Below are positions 19,401 to 28,565 of a stretch of DNA of 54,653 nucleotides, piece by piece. The DNA is taken from positions 1 to 54,653 of IMG/VR virus record IMGVR_UViG_3300029132_000006, one strand, 5' to 3'. Under the pieces are notes generated by a model that saw only the letters and a program-made list of their open reading frames with translations, did no database searches and was not told where the DNA came from. A program made the translations under genes and the position numbers. The DNA is from a virus. Each line of letters opens with the position of its first letter. Position 1 is the first letter of the stretch.

Positions 19401-20454
19401 AGTCCACATTGAAAAGTGAGCTTATATCGCCTGCAAGCATTGTCATTGACTTTGTTATTGCTGTTGTTGCTTCACCTGTCTGCCCTAATGAGTTAGTGAC
19501 AGAAGCTAACTGTGAAGCGTACTGCGTTATCTCTTGTATGTTAAGTCCTAAGTTCTTTGCTCCGCTTTCTTCAAGCAAACCACCTTGAACATTAACTTTT
19601 AAGCCAGATAGCTTTCCAAGAGTATCATTTACTCTGCTTTGAAAACTTTCTGCATATGCCGTAGCATTATCATATCCGTACTTTTCGTAATCCTTATCCC
19701 ATTCCGAACCAATCTTGCCAAACGCAACCGCTTGATAGTTGAAAGCTTCAATGTAATCTGTTGTTGACTTGATAGCTTCTATAAGTTTCTTACTGCCACG
19801 AATTACCATAAAATAAGTGGCATAAAACTTGCCTATTGCGCTTGCCAAGTTCCAACTGCTCTTAGTCGCTGTCCTGACGCTCGTAGAAACGCCATACAGT
19901 GACTTTTGAAGTGAGTTTGAAGAAGTACCCACCTTGCTACCTTGACTAGCAAGATTAGCCAATGCGTTAGTCATTTGAATAACGTTCTGACTTACTGTTG
20001 GTGCTCTTGATAGCGTTGTCATTAAGCCATTTAAAGCATTACCTAGCTTTGGAATGTTTACAACGGCATTTTCAATACTTTTACTGCCTAGCTTACCAAG
20101 TGACTTTGCAAATTCTGTGACCTGTGTTGCATTTTGCGGAATAGCTGATATGCTTGCAACTGCCTTTGTGACAGCTTGAAGTGATGTAGCTGTGTTAGTT
20201 AGTGCAACTGAATCAACAGAACCTATCTTTGTGATATTTTTGGCAAGCCTTGTAAAATCCGCTGTTCCTGCGTTCATATTCTGCATAGCAGAACCTAACT
20301 GATTAACACCACTCGCAAGACCGCTTAGTGATGAGCCATTCACAGTTGCAAGTGATGTTGACAGCCTTGTAAGCTGATTTATCAGTTTGTCAACAGAATT
20401 GATAGCTTTAGTGGCAGTACCGGTAATTTTGACTTCTAATGAATCTAATTCCAC
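16477..20454 (-). CDS. Tail tape measure protein.
   Basis: 1325 aa, alpha-helical and repetitive with Gly-rich hydrophobic segments. It follows the chaperone pair. Confidence 0.85.
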   Translation of the reverse strand: MELDSLEVKITGTATKAINSVDKLINQLTRLSTSLATVNGSSLSGLASGVNQLGSAMQNMNAGTADFTRLAKNITKIGSVDSVALTNTATSLQAVTKAVASISAIPQNATQVTEFAKSLGKLGSKSIENAVVNIPKLGNALNGLMTTLSRAPTVSQNVIQMTNALANLASQGSKVGTSSNSLQKSLYGVSTSVRTATKSSWNLASAIGKFYATYFMVIRGSKKLIEAIKSTTDYIEAFNYQAVAFGKIGSEWDKDYEKYGYDNATAYAESFQSRVNDTLGKLSGLKVNVQGGLLEESGAKNLGLNIQEITQYASQLASVTNSLGQTGEATTAITKSMTMLAGDISSLFNVDYSTVAQNLQSGLIGQSRALYKYGIDITNATLATYAYNLGISKSVSEMTQMEKQQLRVLAILDQSKVSWGDLANTINSPSNMLRQFSNNMKEVGMVAGQLFIPILSKVMPIVNGVAIAIKRLLVSLASLMGVKIDFESFGQSGYKDTSDGLEDISDGYKDVADSAKKATLSLMGFDEINKLQDDTSSSKGSSGGGGGSTIDLTDDIAKAAAEYEAAWNKAFANMENSAVAWADRIEKALEPVKQIFKDFAVGDFFKAGQDTSNLVAGIFDWFAKAIDDVPWFKIGQKMGDFLAGINWTKVFKSAAKVLVQGLKAAIELYLGMLSKAPIETLLISLVAVPKVLKAIGGSSVVASITKTYNKLNSLSKATEDVVLATKLSKMGYDETAATLLSFHPKLAKVTTSFKDFGSVVKDKGLFTALNGGITAVRDNMTLFQKALLGGVSAFGEFKLIESGFTDIVRGSDNLVASIAKIAGGAAIGAAGLYTAFGPAGLAMAAVVGITGAIKGFIKVQEEIPDYLSGYESVRKEVSKTTSEIEKSVASIEETWKNNSSVDEIEALKTKYFELADQTNLTTEQQELLKDIAGKLVDKVPELSKAIDTNTGYYSGNRQEIEKLIEDKEKEYKLEALREEYIELAKEEYKAKKNLREMEDVLADSKDRLNEKQQEYNELTHNGALSVLEMTPQEADAVAGLQVEIRQLNGEVKKNQTEVDNARGVADRATNDMRYCYEALGNTAQEVAEKTRQEVSNTANTAKSEFETAKNEINSKINAIGTNTENIFSRMGSVGANAGSSLTSNFANNINDIPYRARDAFNEIISRVNAGDIGYDTGTELMDSLADTIDNNSWRIRRALSNSFESNFSGEILDSEGNVSRSAFQIRIPRAYATGGFPEDGLFFANHNEMIGKFSNGKTAVANNDQITQGIKQAVIEGMSEVFANANVGQQNGSIVVQIDGQEVFRTTQRYANQYTAMTGQPAFNI

Positions 20455-20456
20455 GC

Positions 20457-20849
20457 TTATACCTCCGGCTTATCATTTTTAGGGTGTGTTAAATCCCAGT
20501 TTGCTTTTCGTATTTTCATATTCAAAACAAACTCTTCTCTCTTTCTTTGTATTTCATCTTTGCTGTTCTCTTTTTTGTTAATATCTCTATAAATAGGCTT
20601 GTCCGGGTATTCAAGCTCGCCTTTACCCCAAGCACCACTTCTAACACCTATCTTGATTGCTGGGAGTATGTAACTACCTATCGCAAGCCATATATCTGAA
20701 TCCATTCGTTGCCTTTCAAGTTTCTTACCCTCTACAACAGCCCATAGCTTTTTAGGTGTCATTTTAAGAAAGTCTGAATAACTAACGCCTAGTGAACTGG
20801 CTAAAACAAAGTATTCTTCCCAGATTATTTTGTGGAAGTCTGCTTTTTC
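20457..20849 (-). CDS. Tail assembly chaperone -1 frameshift extension (T part of the G-T product).
   Basis: The -1 frame is open from well upstream of the G stop down to 20457. Slippery candidates are G-AAA-AAG (20849..20843) and A-AAA-TAA (20831..20825). Confidence 0.6.
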   Translation of the reverse strand, partial: EKADFHKIIWEEYFVLASSLGVSYSDFLKMTPKKLWAVVEGKKLERQRMDSDIWLAIGSYILPAIKIGVRSGAWGKGELEYPDKPIYRDINKKENSKDEIQRKREEFVLNMKIRKANWDLTHPKNDKPEV

Positions 20850-21313
20850 TTGTGGTCTTGTGGAACTACTGTCGGCTTCTTCTGTTCCTGTGTCGCTTCT
20901 TCCACATTGTTCGCCATCTCCTCTAACATCGCTGTTATTCCCGACAGCTCGAAAAAACCATCATCTTCCATCGCTTTCTTAATCTCCTCGAACAATGTTC
21001 TATATCCGTAACTTTTATCTGTCTTTCTCTTCTCTGTAATATATGCTCTAGTGAGTTCCTTTGCTTCATCCATAGTTACAGGGTTATTGTCAATACAGCC
21101 TGCATAAATGGCTAAAATACAAATCTCTGGCACATCTGCTGTCATATTTGCTAATCCATCAAAGGAAGCCTGTGCAACGCTTTTATCCGTTTGTGCAAGT
21201 AAGTAAGAACCATTAACGACAGAAAACATTTTCTGCACAATTTCCTTGCATTCTGCTGCACCGAAGCTAAACTCAACTTTGTATTCTTTTCCGTTTACAT
21301 CAATATTCATCAT
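20825..21313 (-). CDS. Tail assembly chaperone (G).
   Basis: 162 aa between the major tail protein and the tape measure, with an acidic C-terminus. Confidence 0.7.
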   Translation of the reverse strand: MMNIDVNGKEYKVEFSFGAAECKEIVQKMFSVVNGSYLLAQTDKSVAQASFDGLANMTADVPEICILAIYAGCIDNNPVTMDEAKELTRAYITEKRKTDKSYGYRTLFEEIKKAMEDDGFFELSGITAMLEEMANNVEEATQEQKKPTVVPQDHKKKQTSTK

Positions 21314-21352
21314 AATTTTTACCCTTTCCCACCCTATCGTCCATATAGGGAA

Positions 21353-21376
21353 AGGTGCGGATTTTACACCGCACCT
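21353..21376. terminator. Hairpin AGGTGCGG/CCGCACCT between the major tail and chaperone genes (attenuator or bidirectional terminator).
   Basis: 8-bp stem, T7 run on the plus strand, only TTT on the minus strand. Confidence 0.4.
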
Positions 21377-21488
21377 ACTTTTTTTAATAATTATTCTGTT
21401 ACATCATCAAGATATGATGTGTAGTCGGCTGTTTTGGCGTTTTCTACGCTATCCGACACAGCCTTTTTTGATTTAGTCGAATAGCTCA

Positions 21489-21971
21489 TTATTCCCCCGA
21501 TGTTGGGGTTACTGCTGTATCTGTTCCTACCATATCCTCAATAATAAGGTTGATAGCCATTGTAAGAAGTGAATTTTGCTCCTTGCCTGTAATTGGCAAC
21601 TTTGAAGGCGGCTGTGCAACAAAAAACTCTGCATCTGTTATGCCCGGAGTAATTTCCTGAAACCACATTCTCTTACCGCCAGTTAAAGCCTTATATTCTG
21701 TAATAAGGTCTTTCCACTCTTTGATTGTAGCTTCTGTCTTATTAACCGTTACCGCAACTGTATCTGTAACTGTATCTCTACCTGCAATGTTTCTTGTCTG
21801 TAAATCTTCAAGTGCTGATGCATCTATAGCCTCTGGGGTTACTGTAATCTCATCAATAGAATTGATTCTATGAAGAAGTTTAAACGCTGTTGGTTTAGTA
21901 CCTGTTGTAGTTTCAACACCATAACTAAACGTGATTCCCAGTGCGCTTAATCCTGCTACTGTATCTGCCAT
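21489..21971 (-). CDS. Major tail protein.
   Basis: 160 aa, T/V-rich and beta-type; assigned by position. Confidence 0.6.
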   Translation of the reverse strand: MADTVAGLSALGITFSYGVETTTGTKPTAFKLLHRINSIDEITVTPEAIDASALEDLQTRNIAGRDTVTDTVAVTVNKTEATIKEWKDLITEYKALTGGKRMWFQEITPGITDAEFFVAQPPSKLPITGKEQNSLLTMAINLIIEDMVGTDTAVTPTSGE

Positions 21972-22023
21972 ATCTTCTTACCTCCTAAAATTTGCAAAAA
22001 AATAAGAGCATTTCTGCTCTTTG

Positions 22024-22440
22024 TTACATTAATCTGTCATTTGCCGCTATCATTCTTCTGAATCTAGCGGTACTTTTATGTACTTTATTGCTGATTGAAA
22101 ATTCCGGCATTGCGTTACCTTGAAATCTCATTGTTTTAAATGTATCTGTAATTACTGCCATAACCTTACGACAATCGGACTTGCTTGTGTTAGTGGTAAC
22201 ATCCACTTGAAATGTTGCTAACAATGCGTTAATTGTCTGTCCGTCAAGTGTTTGTCCTTGCTCAACTGCTGGCAGTAAATGAATGTATACTGTTGGGAAT
22301 GCTGCTTGACCGCTGTTTTCCCCCTCATTGGTTATGACTATCTTTGGATATGTCTTTTTAAGCTGTGTTAGGGTTTTAGCCTTGACAAGTGCTGTGACTG
22401 TATTCTCAAGGTCTATCGCCCAATCGTTTGCATTTGCCAT
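22024..22440 (-). CDS. Tail terminator / tail completion protein (by position).
   Basis: Gene order only. Confidence 0.45.
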   Translation of the reverse strand: MANANDWAIDLENTVTALVKAKTLTQLKKTYPKIVITNEGENSGQAAFPTVYIHLLPAVEQGQTLDGQTINALLATFQVDVTTNTSKSDCRKVMAVITDTFKTMRFQGNAMPEFSISNKVHKSTARFRRMIAANDRLM

Positions 22441-22976
22441 TAACTAAACACCTCTCTTGCTATCCGCTTATACTGATTAATAATCTCTATTGTGGCGTTG
22501 TACATAGGCATTGTAGCTTTAACGCCGTGCGTGTAGTGCCATTGATTATCGTTACCTAAGTAGTACCAACCGTCGCTGAATGCGTGGATTTGTCCTGGAT
22601 ATGTTCCTACGCCCAAGCCGAAATCATTAGCCTTTGGGTTCTCGTTGCCGCTGTTGTAATAAATACCAGCACCAAATTCAATCGCTAATAGTGTGTAAAA
22701 TGGTTCTCTATCTTCTACCTCAACAGTTTTACCGGTAGCAATCAAAATAGCTTGGTAGCCATCTTGAATAGGCTTTCTGTCAACTCTCAATGTTACTGTC
22801 CTACCTAATGGACTTTCATTAACACTTATAATTGCTGCTTTGTCGCCTAATTCTGCTAGTCGTTCAACAAGCAATTCGCATTTATACTGTAAACTCTGCT
22901 TATACTGTTGTAGCTGTCTGATAGCTTCATTTACAGACTTTTCAGACAAAGATATATTAATTGTATGTCTTGCCAT
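22440..22976 (-). CDS. Neck / head-tail joining protein (by position).
   Basis: Gene order only. Confidence 0.45.
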   Translation of the reverse strand: MARHTINISLSEKSVNEAIRQLQQYKQSLQYKCELLVERLAELGDKAAIISVNESPLGRTVTLRVDRKPIQDGYQAILIATGKTVEVEDREPFYTLLAIEFGAGIYYNSGNENPKANDFGLGVGTYPGQIHAFSDGWYYLGNDNQWHYTHGVKATMPMYNATIEIINQYKRIAREVFS

Positions 22977-22983
22977 AATGCAC

Positions 22984-23442
22984 CTACTTTACAACTGCTT
23001 TAAGCATATACTTAGTTGAATATAATGCTGGCTTAATACCTACAATCGTGAAGTCTGCTGATGTTTCATCAACAAGACTGTCAGATGTGTATGTAGGCTT
23101 GCTATCAAGCCATATAAGGTCGCCTTTTTGAATAGGTAATGTATCCCTATCTGTCAGCAAAATAGCGTCAAAATCAGCCGTATCAAAGCCGTATTCTTTG
23201 CTTTGTGCTTCTCCGCCGCTGAATGATATGTTTGCTTTGAAATCGACCGGCTCTGAAAAACCTGTTTTCTCTTCAAGAACTTTGGGTATCTTATTTCCCT
23301 CATCATCAAGATAAGGAATGAAGTTGCCATCTGTGTCGGTATATCCCTCATATAGAATATTGCCGTCTTCATCTCTTTCATAGATGGTTACTGTCTGTCC
23401 TTGAAGTGAATACTTCATAGCCTGCTTATTAATGTCAAGCAT
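22984..23442 (-). CDS. Head closure / adaptor protein (by position).
   Basis: Gene order only. Confidence 0.4.
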   Translation of the reverse strand: MLDINKQAMKYSLQGQTVTIYERDEDGNILYEGYTDTDGNFIPYLDDEGNKIPKVLEEKTGFSEPVDFKANISFSGGEAQSKEYGFDTADFDAILLTDRDTLPIQKGDLIWLDSKPTYTSDSLVDETSADFTIVGIKPALYSTKYMLKAVVK

Positions 23443-23704
23443 TGTTCTTTACCTGCTTATAAATCTGATTAATGCCTGTGCTTGATAATCCGGACACAAT
23501 TCCTACTGCGATTGCATTAAGAATGTCATTTGCCGGAAAGTCCGGTATTACATACATACCTACAACGCCTAAGATACCGCCTGCAACGCCTACGATTATA
23601 GGAATGTAATTATCCTTAATGTGTGGAATTGCTTTGGCTCCTAAACCTATCAGATATGTTATTACAACGATTGCAACTACTGTTGATACTGATGTTATAT
23701 CCAT
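23435..23704 (-). CDS. Holin (A118/Phage_holin_1-like, about 3 TM segments).
   Basis: Start refined to the ATG 9 nt after AAGGAGG. AIVVITYLIGLGAKAIP...YIPIIVGVAGGILGVVG...AVGIVSGLSSTGINQIYKQ resembles the Listeria A118-type holin. Confidence 0.6.
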   Translation of the reverse strand: MDITSVSTVVAIVVITYLIGLGAKAIPHIKDNYIPIIVGVAGGILGVVGMYVIPDFPANDILNAIAVGIVSGLSSTGINQIYKQVKNNA

Positions 23705-23708
23705 TCTG

Positions 23709-24032
23709 CTATACCTCCTTATCTTCATTAAGTCGTGCTTCCAATCCGTCTATTCGGTGGTGTGCCGACTTTACACTTTCCTCAACCTTAATAATCCTGT
23801 TATCGTGAGAATTAAGTTCTTTTCTCATTTCTGTAACTTCATTCTTTATCTCTGTTGTATTGCTTGATATTGTGTCAAGTTTCATATTTATGCGTGTATT
23901 TTCCTTTACACGCTCTGTAAGTTCTGCATTGTCAGACTTTTTGTTGTTCTTAAGATTAAATCCCAACGTAAACAGTCCGAAAAAGACGGAAAAAGCAACT
24001 GAAATAATGCTTATAATTACTGCTATTGGCAT
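23709..24032 (-). CDS. XhlA-like membrane/coiled-coil lysis-associated protein.
   Basis: Start refined to MPIAVIISIISVAF behind an AAAGGCGG RBS. One TM helix is followed by the coiled coil LDTISSNTTEIKNEVTEMRKEL...RIDGLE. Confidence 0.45.
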   Translation of the reverse strand: MPIAVIISIISVAFSVFFGLFTLGFNLKNNKKSDNAELTERVKENTRINMKLDTISSNTTEIKNEVTEMRKELNSHDNRIIKVEESVKSAHHRIDGLEARLNEDKEV

Positions 24033-24178
24033 TGATATACCGCCTTTCATAATTAATAATGGCACACCGCCCACCACCCTTAATGTGTGCCGCCTGCTAC
24101 CATATTGGTAACGCACAATCTTCTATAGCCTTATCTGCATTACAGATAATTTACTTTTTCTACAACTTGGTAGATAAG

Positions 24179-24556
24179 CTATAACACTTTGGCAAACGGA
24201 AATACCCCAACAAATAAGCTGTCTCTATTTCTCCAAGTTCTGTTGACACCACCCTCGCTTAAGGCAGACATAAAGTTTTCGCCTGCTTGTGAATGGTCGT
24301 AGACAGCCAGATTAACGATAACACTCTCAAATTTCTTCAAGTCCTCGGTTATCATTTCATCTGTGTAGCTGTCGGGATAACACCTCTTTGCTTTTACATC
24401 TTCTGTAGCCTGTTTAATAAGCTGTTCGATTACTGGATTATCTTCTTTGTTATCGAACACTACCACATCAGATGTTGTATCATCATCATTTGTGACTGTC
24501 TCAATATGAAATTGTTTAAGTCTGATTTTAACTTGCTCTAATGTGGTGTATTCCAT
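24179..24556 (-). CDS. Head-tail connector protein (gp6-like).
   Basis: N-terminal TLEQVKIRLKQ...D...IEQLIKQATEDV pattern, and position after the capsid module. Confidence 0.55.
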   Translation of the reverse strand: MEYTTLEQVKIRLKQFHIETVTNDDDTTSDVVVFDNKEDNPVIEQLIKQATEDVKAKRCYPDSYTDEMITEDLKKFESVIVNLAVYDHSQAGENFMSALSEGGVNRTWRNRDSLFVGVFPFAKVL

Positions 24557-24567
24557 AATTTCAGCTC

Positions 24568-24846
24568 CTATAACCCTAATTTCTCAATTAACAGTTCTTT
24601 AAGTTCTGCTCCTGTAAGCTCCATTGCGTTCTCAATACCTTGTTCTAAGGCAAGTGTCTGCAAGTCCGCTGTTGGCATACGCTTAATAGCTGTCTTTGTG
24701 TAATCGCTTGTAGGTTGAGCAGGGAACTTGTCCTGCTCTTCCTCATATTTAAGCTCATCTCCATAAACAGCTTCCTGTCTTACATTATCCGCTGTTACTT
24801 CTTCGCTCTGCTTTGCGGCGTTGATTTTATGTCGTCTTAATAACAT
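24568..24846 (-). CDS. Small head-module protein with a C-terminal SAP/Rho-N-like helix-extension-helix.
   Basis: C-terminal LTGAELKELLIEKLGL. Confidence 0.45.
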   Translation of the reverse strand: MLLRRHKINAAKQSEEVTADNVRQEAVYGDELKYEEEQDKFPAQPTSDYTKTAIKRMPTADLQTLALEQGIENAMELTGAELKELLIEKLGL

Positions 24847-24857
24847 ATAAACACCTC

Positions 24858-25889
24858 TTACTTTCCGAACTTAGCAAGAACAACCTTTGAATCGTTGCTT
24901 AAGACTGCTGTATAGTGTTCATCGCCAGAGATAACAGTTGTCTTTGCAAGAATATCTCTGTCCGATTCAATCTCAACGCTTCTCTTCATATAGATTGTAA
25001 GTGCGTTCTCTTCCTCTGATACGCCATCTGCACCTGTGTCCTCGTTAGGGTCTTCTGCTGATACAATAACAATAGGACAAGCGTAGAACTCTGTTGTAAC
25101 AGCCTTTAACTTGCTACCTACCTTGATTTCCTTGTCCTTTGGCTTAAGCGTATGTGCAAGTGCTGTGTCAAGGTGAACATTAGTTGCATCCTCGCTTGTT
25201 GTATCAGCTACAACATTGATTGTTCCTGTTGAATCATCAAACTCATACTTAACTAACTTAACTTTCTTTGACTTAACAACCTGCGCTCCCGCAATAGAAC
25301 CGATAGTTCCATTCATAATTACATTAAGTGGGTACTTGTCATTGCTCTTGAAATCATCGTCATTAAGTAATGTAGCTTCCTGCGCCGGATTAATGAACAA
25401 TATCTTTGTAAGTGATGAATCTGATTCATCATCAAACTTGCTATTAGCCGCTACAACTGCTGAATAGCTGATAGGTGCTGCTGTTCCATCGTGATCAATA
25501 GGTGCTGTGCAAAGTGCGTCATAGCTGTCATTATCAACCTTTGCAGCGATTGACATAGCAATCTGATTGATAGCTGTACCAAGTGGGTCGCCATAACCAG
25601 ATAACACTGATTCGTCTGTAAGTTCTACTGCCTTACCTGCTTTCTTAACCTTTGCTTCTGTTGTAGATGTTGTAAGTACTGTTGTACCCATAGCAACACC
25701 TTCTGCTACATCCTGTGCATCACCTATATAAGCGTATTTTGGGACAACAATAGTGCTTCCCGGTCTGCCTACAAGTGTTGTATCAACTCTTGCAATAGGC
25801 GAAAACTTAATTTTCTTTGGTAACTTAGCTGATACCATATCAGCCATTACCTGTGGGTCTACTAAATTTGCTAACTTAGTCTGTGGCAT
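24858..25889 (-). CDS. Major capsid protein.
   Basis: 343 aa immediately after the scaffold gene, with a typical LANLVDPQVMADMV N-terminus. Confidence 0.75.
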   Translation of the reverse strand: MPQTKLANLVDPQVMADMVSAKLPKKIKFSPIARVDTTLVGRPGSTIVVPKYAYIGDAQDVAEGVAMGTTVLTTSTTEAKVKKAGKAVELTDESVLSGYGDPLGTAINQIAMSIAAKVDNDSYDALCTAPIDHDGTAAPISYSAVVAANSKFDDESDSSLTKILFINPAQEATLLNDDDFKSNDKYPLNVIMNGTIGSIAGAQVVKSKKVKLVKYEFDDSTGTINVVADTTSEDATNVHLDTALAHTLKPKDKEIKVGSKLKAVTTEFYACPIVIVSAEDPNEDTGADGVSEEENALTIYMKRSVEIESDRDILAKTTVISGDEHYTAVLSNDSKVVLAKFGK

Positions 25890-25909
25890 AGTTTGTTTAC
25901 CTCCGTTTT

Positions 25910-26488
25910 CTACTCTGTGAACTTCTTATAAAGTTCTGGATTCTTATTTTTGAATTCCACTCTTTCGTGGTAATTCATCTTATTGAACTGTTCCTGTGTT
26001 ATCGTGCTTTCTTCTCCACCGCCTGCATTAATAGCCGGTCTTGATTTAAGCCACTCTGCCTTAGCTTCTTTAACCTGTCTTTGCACTTCATTAGCAATTA
26101 CAGTTGCTATAAGGCTATGGTCTGCATCTGTAACCGCCTCAATCAAAGAATCAATATCCTTTCCATCACCTATAACTTTCTGATAAGCATTGACAGCTTT
26201 CATATGATTAAGTTCTTTGCTCATGTTCTCGAACTTTTCGGCCTGCAACTTTTCAGCTTCCGCCTTTGCTTCCGCTTCCTGTTCTTCTGCTGTCTGCTTC
26301 GAGCGAAGTTCTTTCTTGTACTTAGCTGCTTCTGAACTGGCTTTATCAGAAGCATTCTTATACTTCTCTTTTTCAGCTCTTTCACTAGCAAGCTGTGCCA
26401 TAAGTTCTTCTACGCTAGGTGTCTGTTCTTCATTCTGTGGCTCATTGTTAGTTGTTGGTTCTGTTGTTGTGTTAGTTACATCTGCCAT
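25910..26488 (-). CDS. Scaffolding protein.
   Basis: Start refined to MADVTNTT. Highly charged E/K/A coiled coil between the portal and capsid genes. Confidence 0.65.
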   Translation of the reverse strand: MADVTNTTTEPTTNNEPQNEEQTPSVEELMAQLASERAEKEKYKNASDKASSEAAKYKKELRSKQTAEEQEAEAKAEAEKLQAEKFENMSKELNHMKAVNAYQKVIGDGKDIDSLIEAVTDADHSLIATVIANEVQRQVKEAKAEWLKSRPAINAGGGEESTITQEQFNKMNYHERVEFKNKNPELYKKFTE

Positions 26489-26614
26489 AATTTCTTTACC
26501 TCTGCTTTCTGCGTTTTTTGTTGTTCTCTCAACTTCTTGCGATATTTGTATTGCCCTTTCTCTAGGGCATATAAAAAGCCGCAAGGCATTTCTACCCTGT
26601 GGCTCAATATCAAT

Positions 26615-28207
26615 TTATTTATCTGTTCTGCTCTTATCTATAACTGGACTATTTTCTGTCTGGTCTGATAAGTCTTGCATTGTGCGGTCTTTGTTAGGCG
26701 ATTGTTCGCCATCTCCGCCCTCTGCTTGGTTCTGTGTGTCTTTGTTAATTATACTGTCTTGATATGCCTTAACCATCTTTCCGCTTCTCGCTACAACATC
26801 GTTAGGGTCATCAAAAAATGGAATTGCATCAACTGTATCTTTAAGACTAAATCCGTGGCTTATCAATGTCGCCATAGCATTAACCTTGGTTGACATTTCA
26901 TAAGTTTTTTGCCGTTTAATGTTAGGCTTTACATCTCTTGCCTTTAATTTAAGTAATGGGTTACTGCTACCAACATTGTTTGACAGCTTGATAGCTGCAA
27001 GAACAACTTTTATCTCTTCCATTTTGCAGCCATCAGTAATTAATTGCTGTTTTGCCGCTGCTGTTTCAGCCTGTGACCAGCCTGTCGCGTCCGACATTGC
27101 AACTCCTGTACTGCCACCGCTATTATCATTTCGTTGTGGCACATTACATTTCTGCAAGATTATCTGTCGCCTTGATTGGATATTGTTAAGCATACCTGTG
27201 TAATCGTAATTAATTGCAAGTGGCTCAACTATTGGAGTTTTGCCATCTGCTGATGTGTAGGTCTGCATCCATTCTCCAGATTTTGGTTTCCTTACTTTTT
27301 CAGTGATATGTGGTGTTCCGTCTTTATCAACTGTTGTTTCCTGTTCAACTGGGAAATCAACATCATTTGTGTGCCATACCGCCTGTGTGTTCTGTTCGAC
27401 ATCATTGGTAAAATCTGAAATGAGTAGGTTTAAGTTATCCATTTCAGATATTTGCCGTTCAAAACAGCCCATTCTATCAAATGACCTTGTATATTCAATA
27501 ATAGGAATTTTATGTAATGGATTCTCTTCCCCACTTCTCTCTAAAAATCCCCATTTTGTTTTTCCTTTTTCTGGTCCGTTTGTGATTTTTATCCCATCCG
27601 TAATTTCATAACGAATATCTTTTGTAAAACAGGTGTAATATCTTGCACCGTTATGTTTGTCTTTGATATAAGTGCCTGCAAGAATAACCCTCTTGTCACT
27701 ATAAGCTGTTGACCTTACAACAAATGTTGTTCTTGGGTCTAATACATCATATGTGAAATAGCTTTCCCCATCTTCATATTCTGTATTCACATCAATAAGG
27801 ACATAGCCAACACCGCCGATTTCAACATATCTTGCAAGCTCCTGTTGCTTTTGTCTTGCGTTCTGTGATTCGTAACAACTGTTTAATTCTGCTATAGCTT
27901 CTGTGAAATTAGAATCCTCATTGTCGCCATTTTGAACTAGCGTTATAGGATTTCCCCACTTAAAACCTAAATTAAACTCTGTGACCTCGTTAGCCACATT
28001 GTCACAGCACTCACAGTCAATGTCTGGTCTGTAAGTCTTTGGGTTCTTCCTAACTATTGGCTGTATTCCTGCGTCATAATCAAGAAGAAACTGTATTCTG
28101 TTGGAATTAATATCATGTTCCAAAATTGCTTCACGCAAAATTGGTATTATATTGTCAGGTGTTATTTCTTTTGCACCTGTATAAATAGCAATTCTTCCTG
28201 TCTGCAT
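26615..28207 (-). CDS. Portal protein (SPP1 gp6-like size class).
   Basis: 530 aa, positioned after terL. Confidence 0.75.
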   Translation of the reverse strand: MQTGRIAIYTGAKEITPDNIIPILREAILEHDINSNRIQFLLDYDAGIQPIVRKNPKTYRPDIDCECCDNVANEVTEFNLGFKWGNPITLVQNGDNEDSNFTEAIAELNSCYESQNARQKQQELARYVEIGGVGYVLIDVNTEYEDGESYFTYDVLDPRTTFVVRSTAYSDKRVILAGTYIKDKHNGARYYTCFTKDIRYEITDGIKITNGPEKGKTKWGFLERSGEENPLHKIPIIEYTRSFDRMGCFERQISEMDNLNLLISDFTNDVEQNTQAVWHTNDVDFPVEQETTVDKDGTPHITEKVRKPKSGEWMQTYTSADGKTPIVEPLAINYDYTGMLNNIQSRRQIILQKCNVPQRNDNSGGSTGVAMSDATGWSQAETAAAKQQLITDGCKMEEIKVVLAAIKLSNNVGSSNPLLKLKARDVKPNIKRQKTYEMSTKVNAMATLISHGFSLKDTVDAIPFFDDPNDVVARSGKMVKAYQDSIINKDTQNQAEGGDGEQSPNKDRTMQDLSDQTENSPVIDKSRTDK

Positions 28208-28218
28208 TATCTACACCT

Positions 28219-28428
28219 CTAATAAAATGTCATACCGCTTGAACTTCTGCTTTGTGGTATTTCCTTAATTTGAAAATCATCATCATCGTTAGGTACATAC
28301 CATATCCATTTGTGGCAATGCTTGCACGCTAATTTATGTGTTCGTGGGTCTTTGCTGTCTGCCTTAGTCAAAAACTTATGGCAATTCGGACACATAATTG
28401 ACTTGTCTTTGTTTGTATAAAAAATCAT
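28219..28428 (-). CDS. Zinc-ribbon mini-protein.
   Basis: CPNC...CKHC. Confidence 0.5.
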   Translation of the reverse strand: MIFYTNKDKSIMCPNCHKFLTKADSKDPRTHKLACKHCHKWIWYVPNDDDDFQIKEIPQSRSSSGMTFY

Positions 28429-28449
28429 ATTGTTACCTCGTTACATAGT

Positions 28450-28483
28450 AAAAGCACCGCCATAATTAAATGACGATGCTTTT
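28450..28483 (-). terminator. Terminator-like hairpin.
   Basis: AAAAGCAnCG...CGnTGCTTTT. Confidence 0.4.
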
Positions 28484-28565
28484 CGATAAGGATTATACAT
28501 GTTTATGAAATTTGCTTTGCTCATTGTAATAATACATAATTTTTTCGTCACAATCGTAACATCTT

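Noticed and set aside
21391-21489. 32-aa ORF overlapping the major tail protein stop (TAATG), followed by a hairpin.
   Set aside because: It is too short and unconserved-looking to call without comparative data. It is noted only as a possibility.
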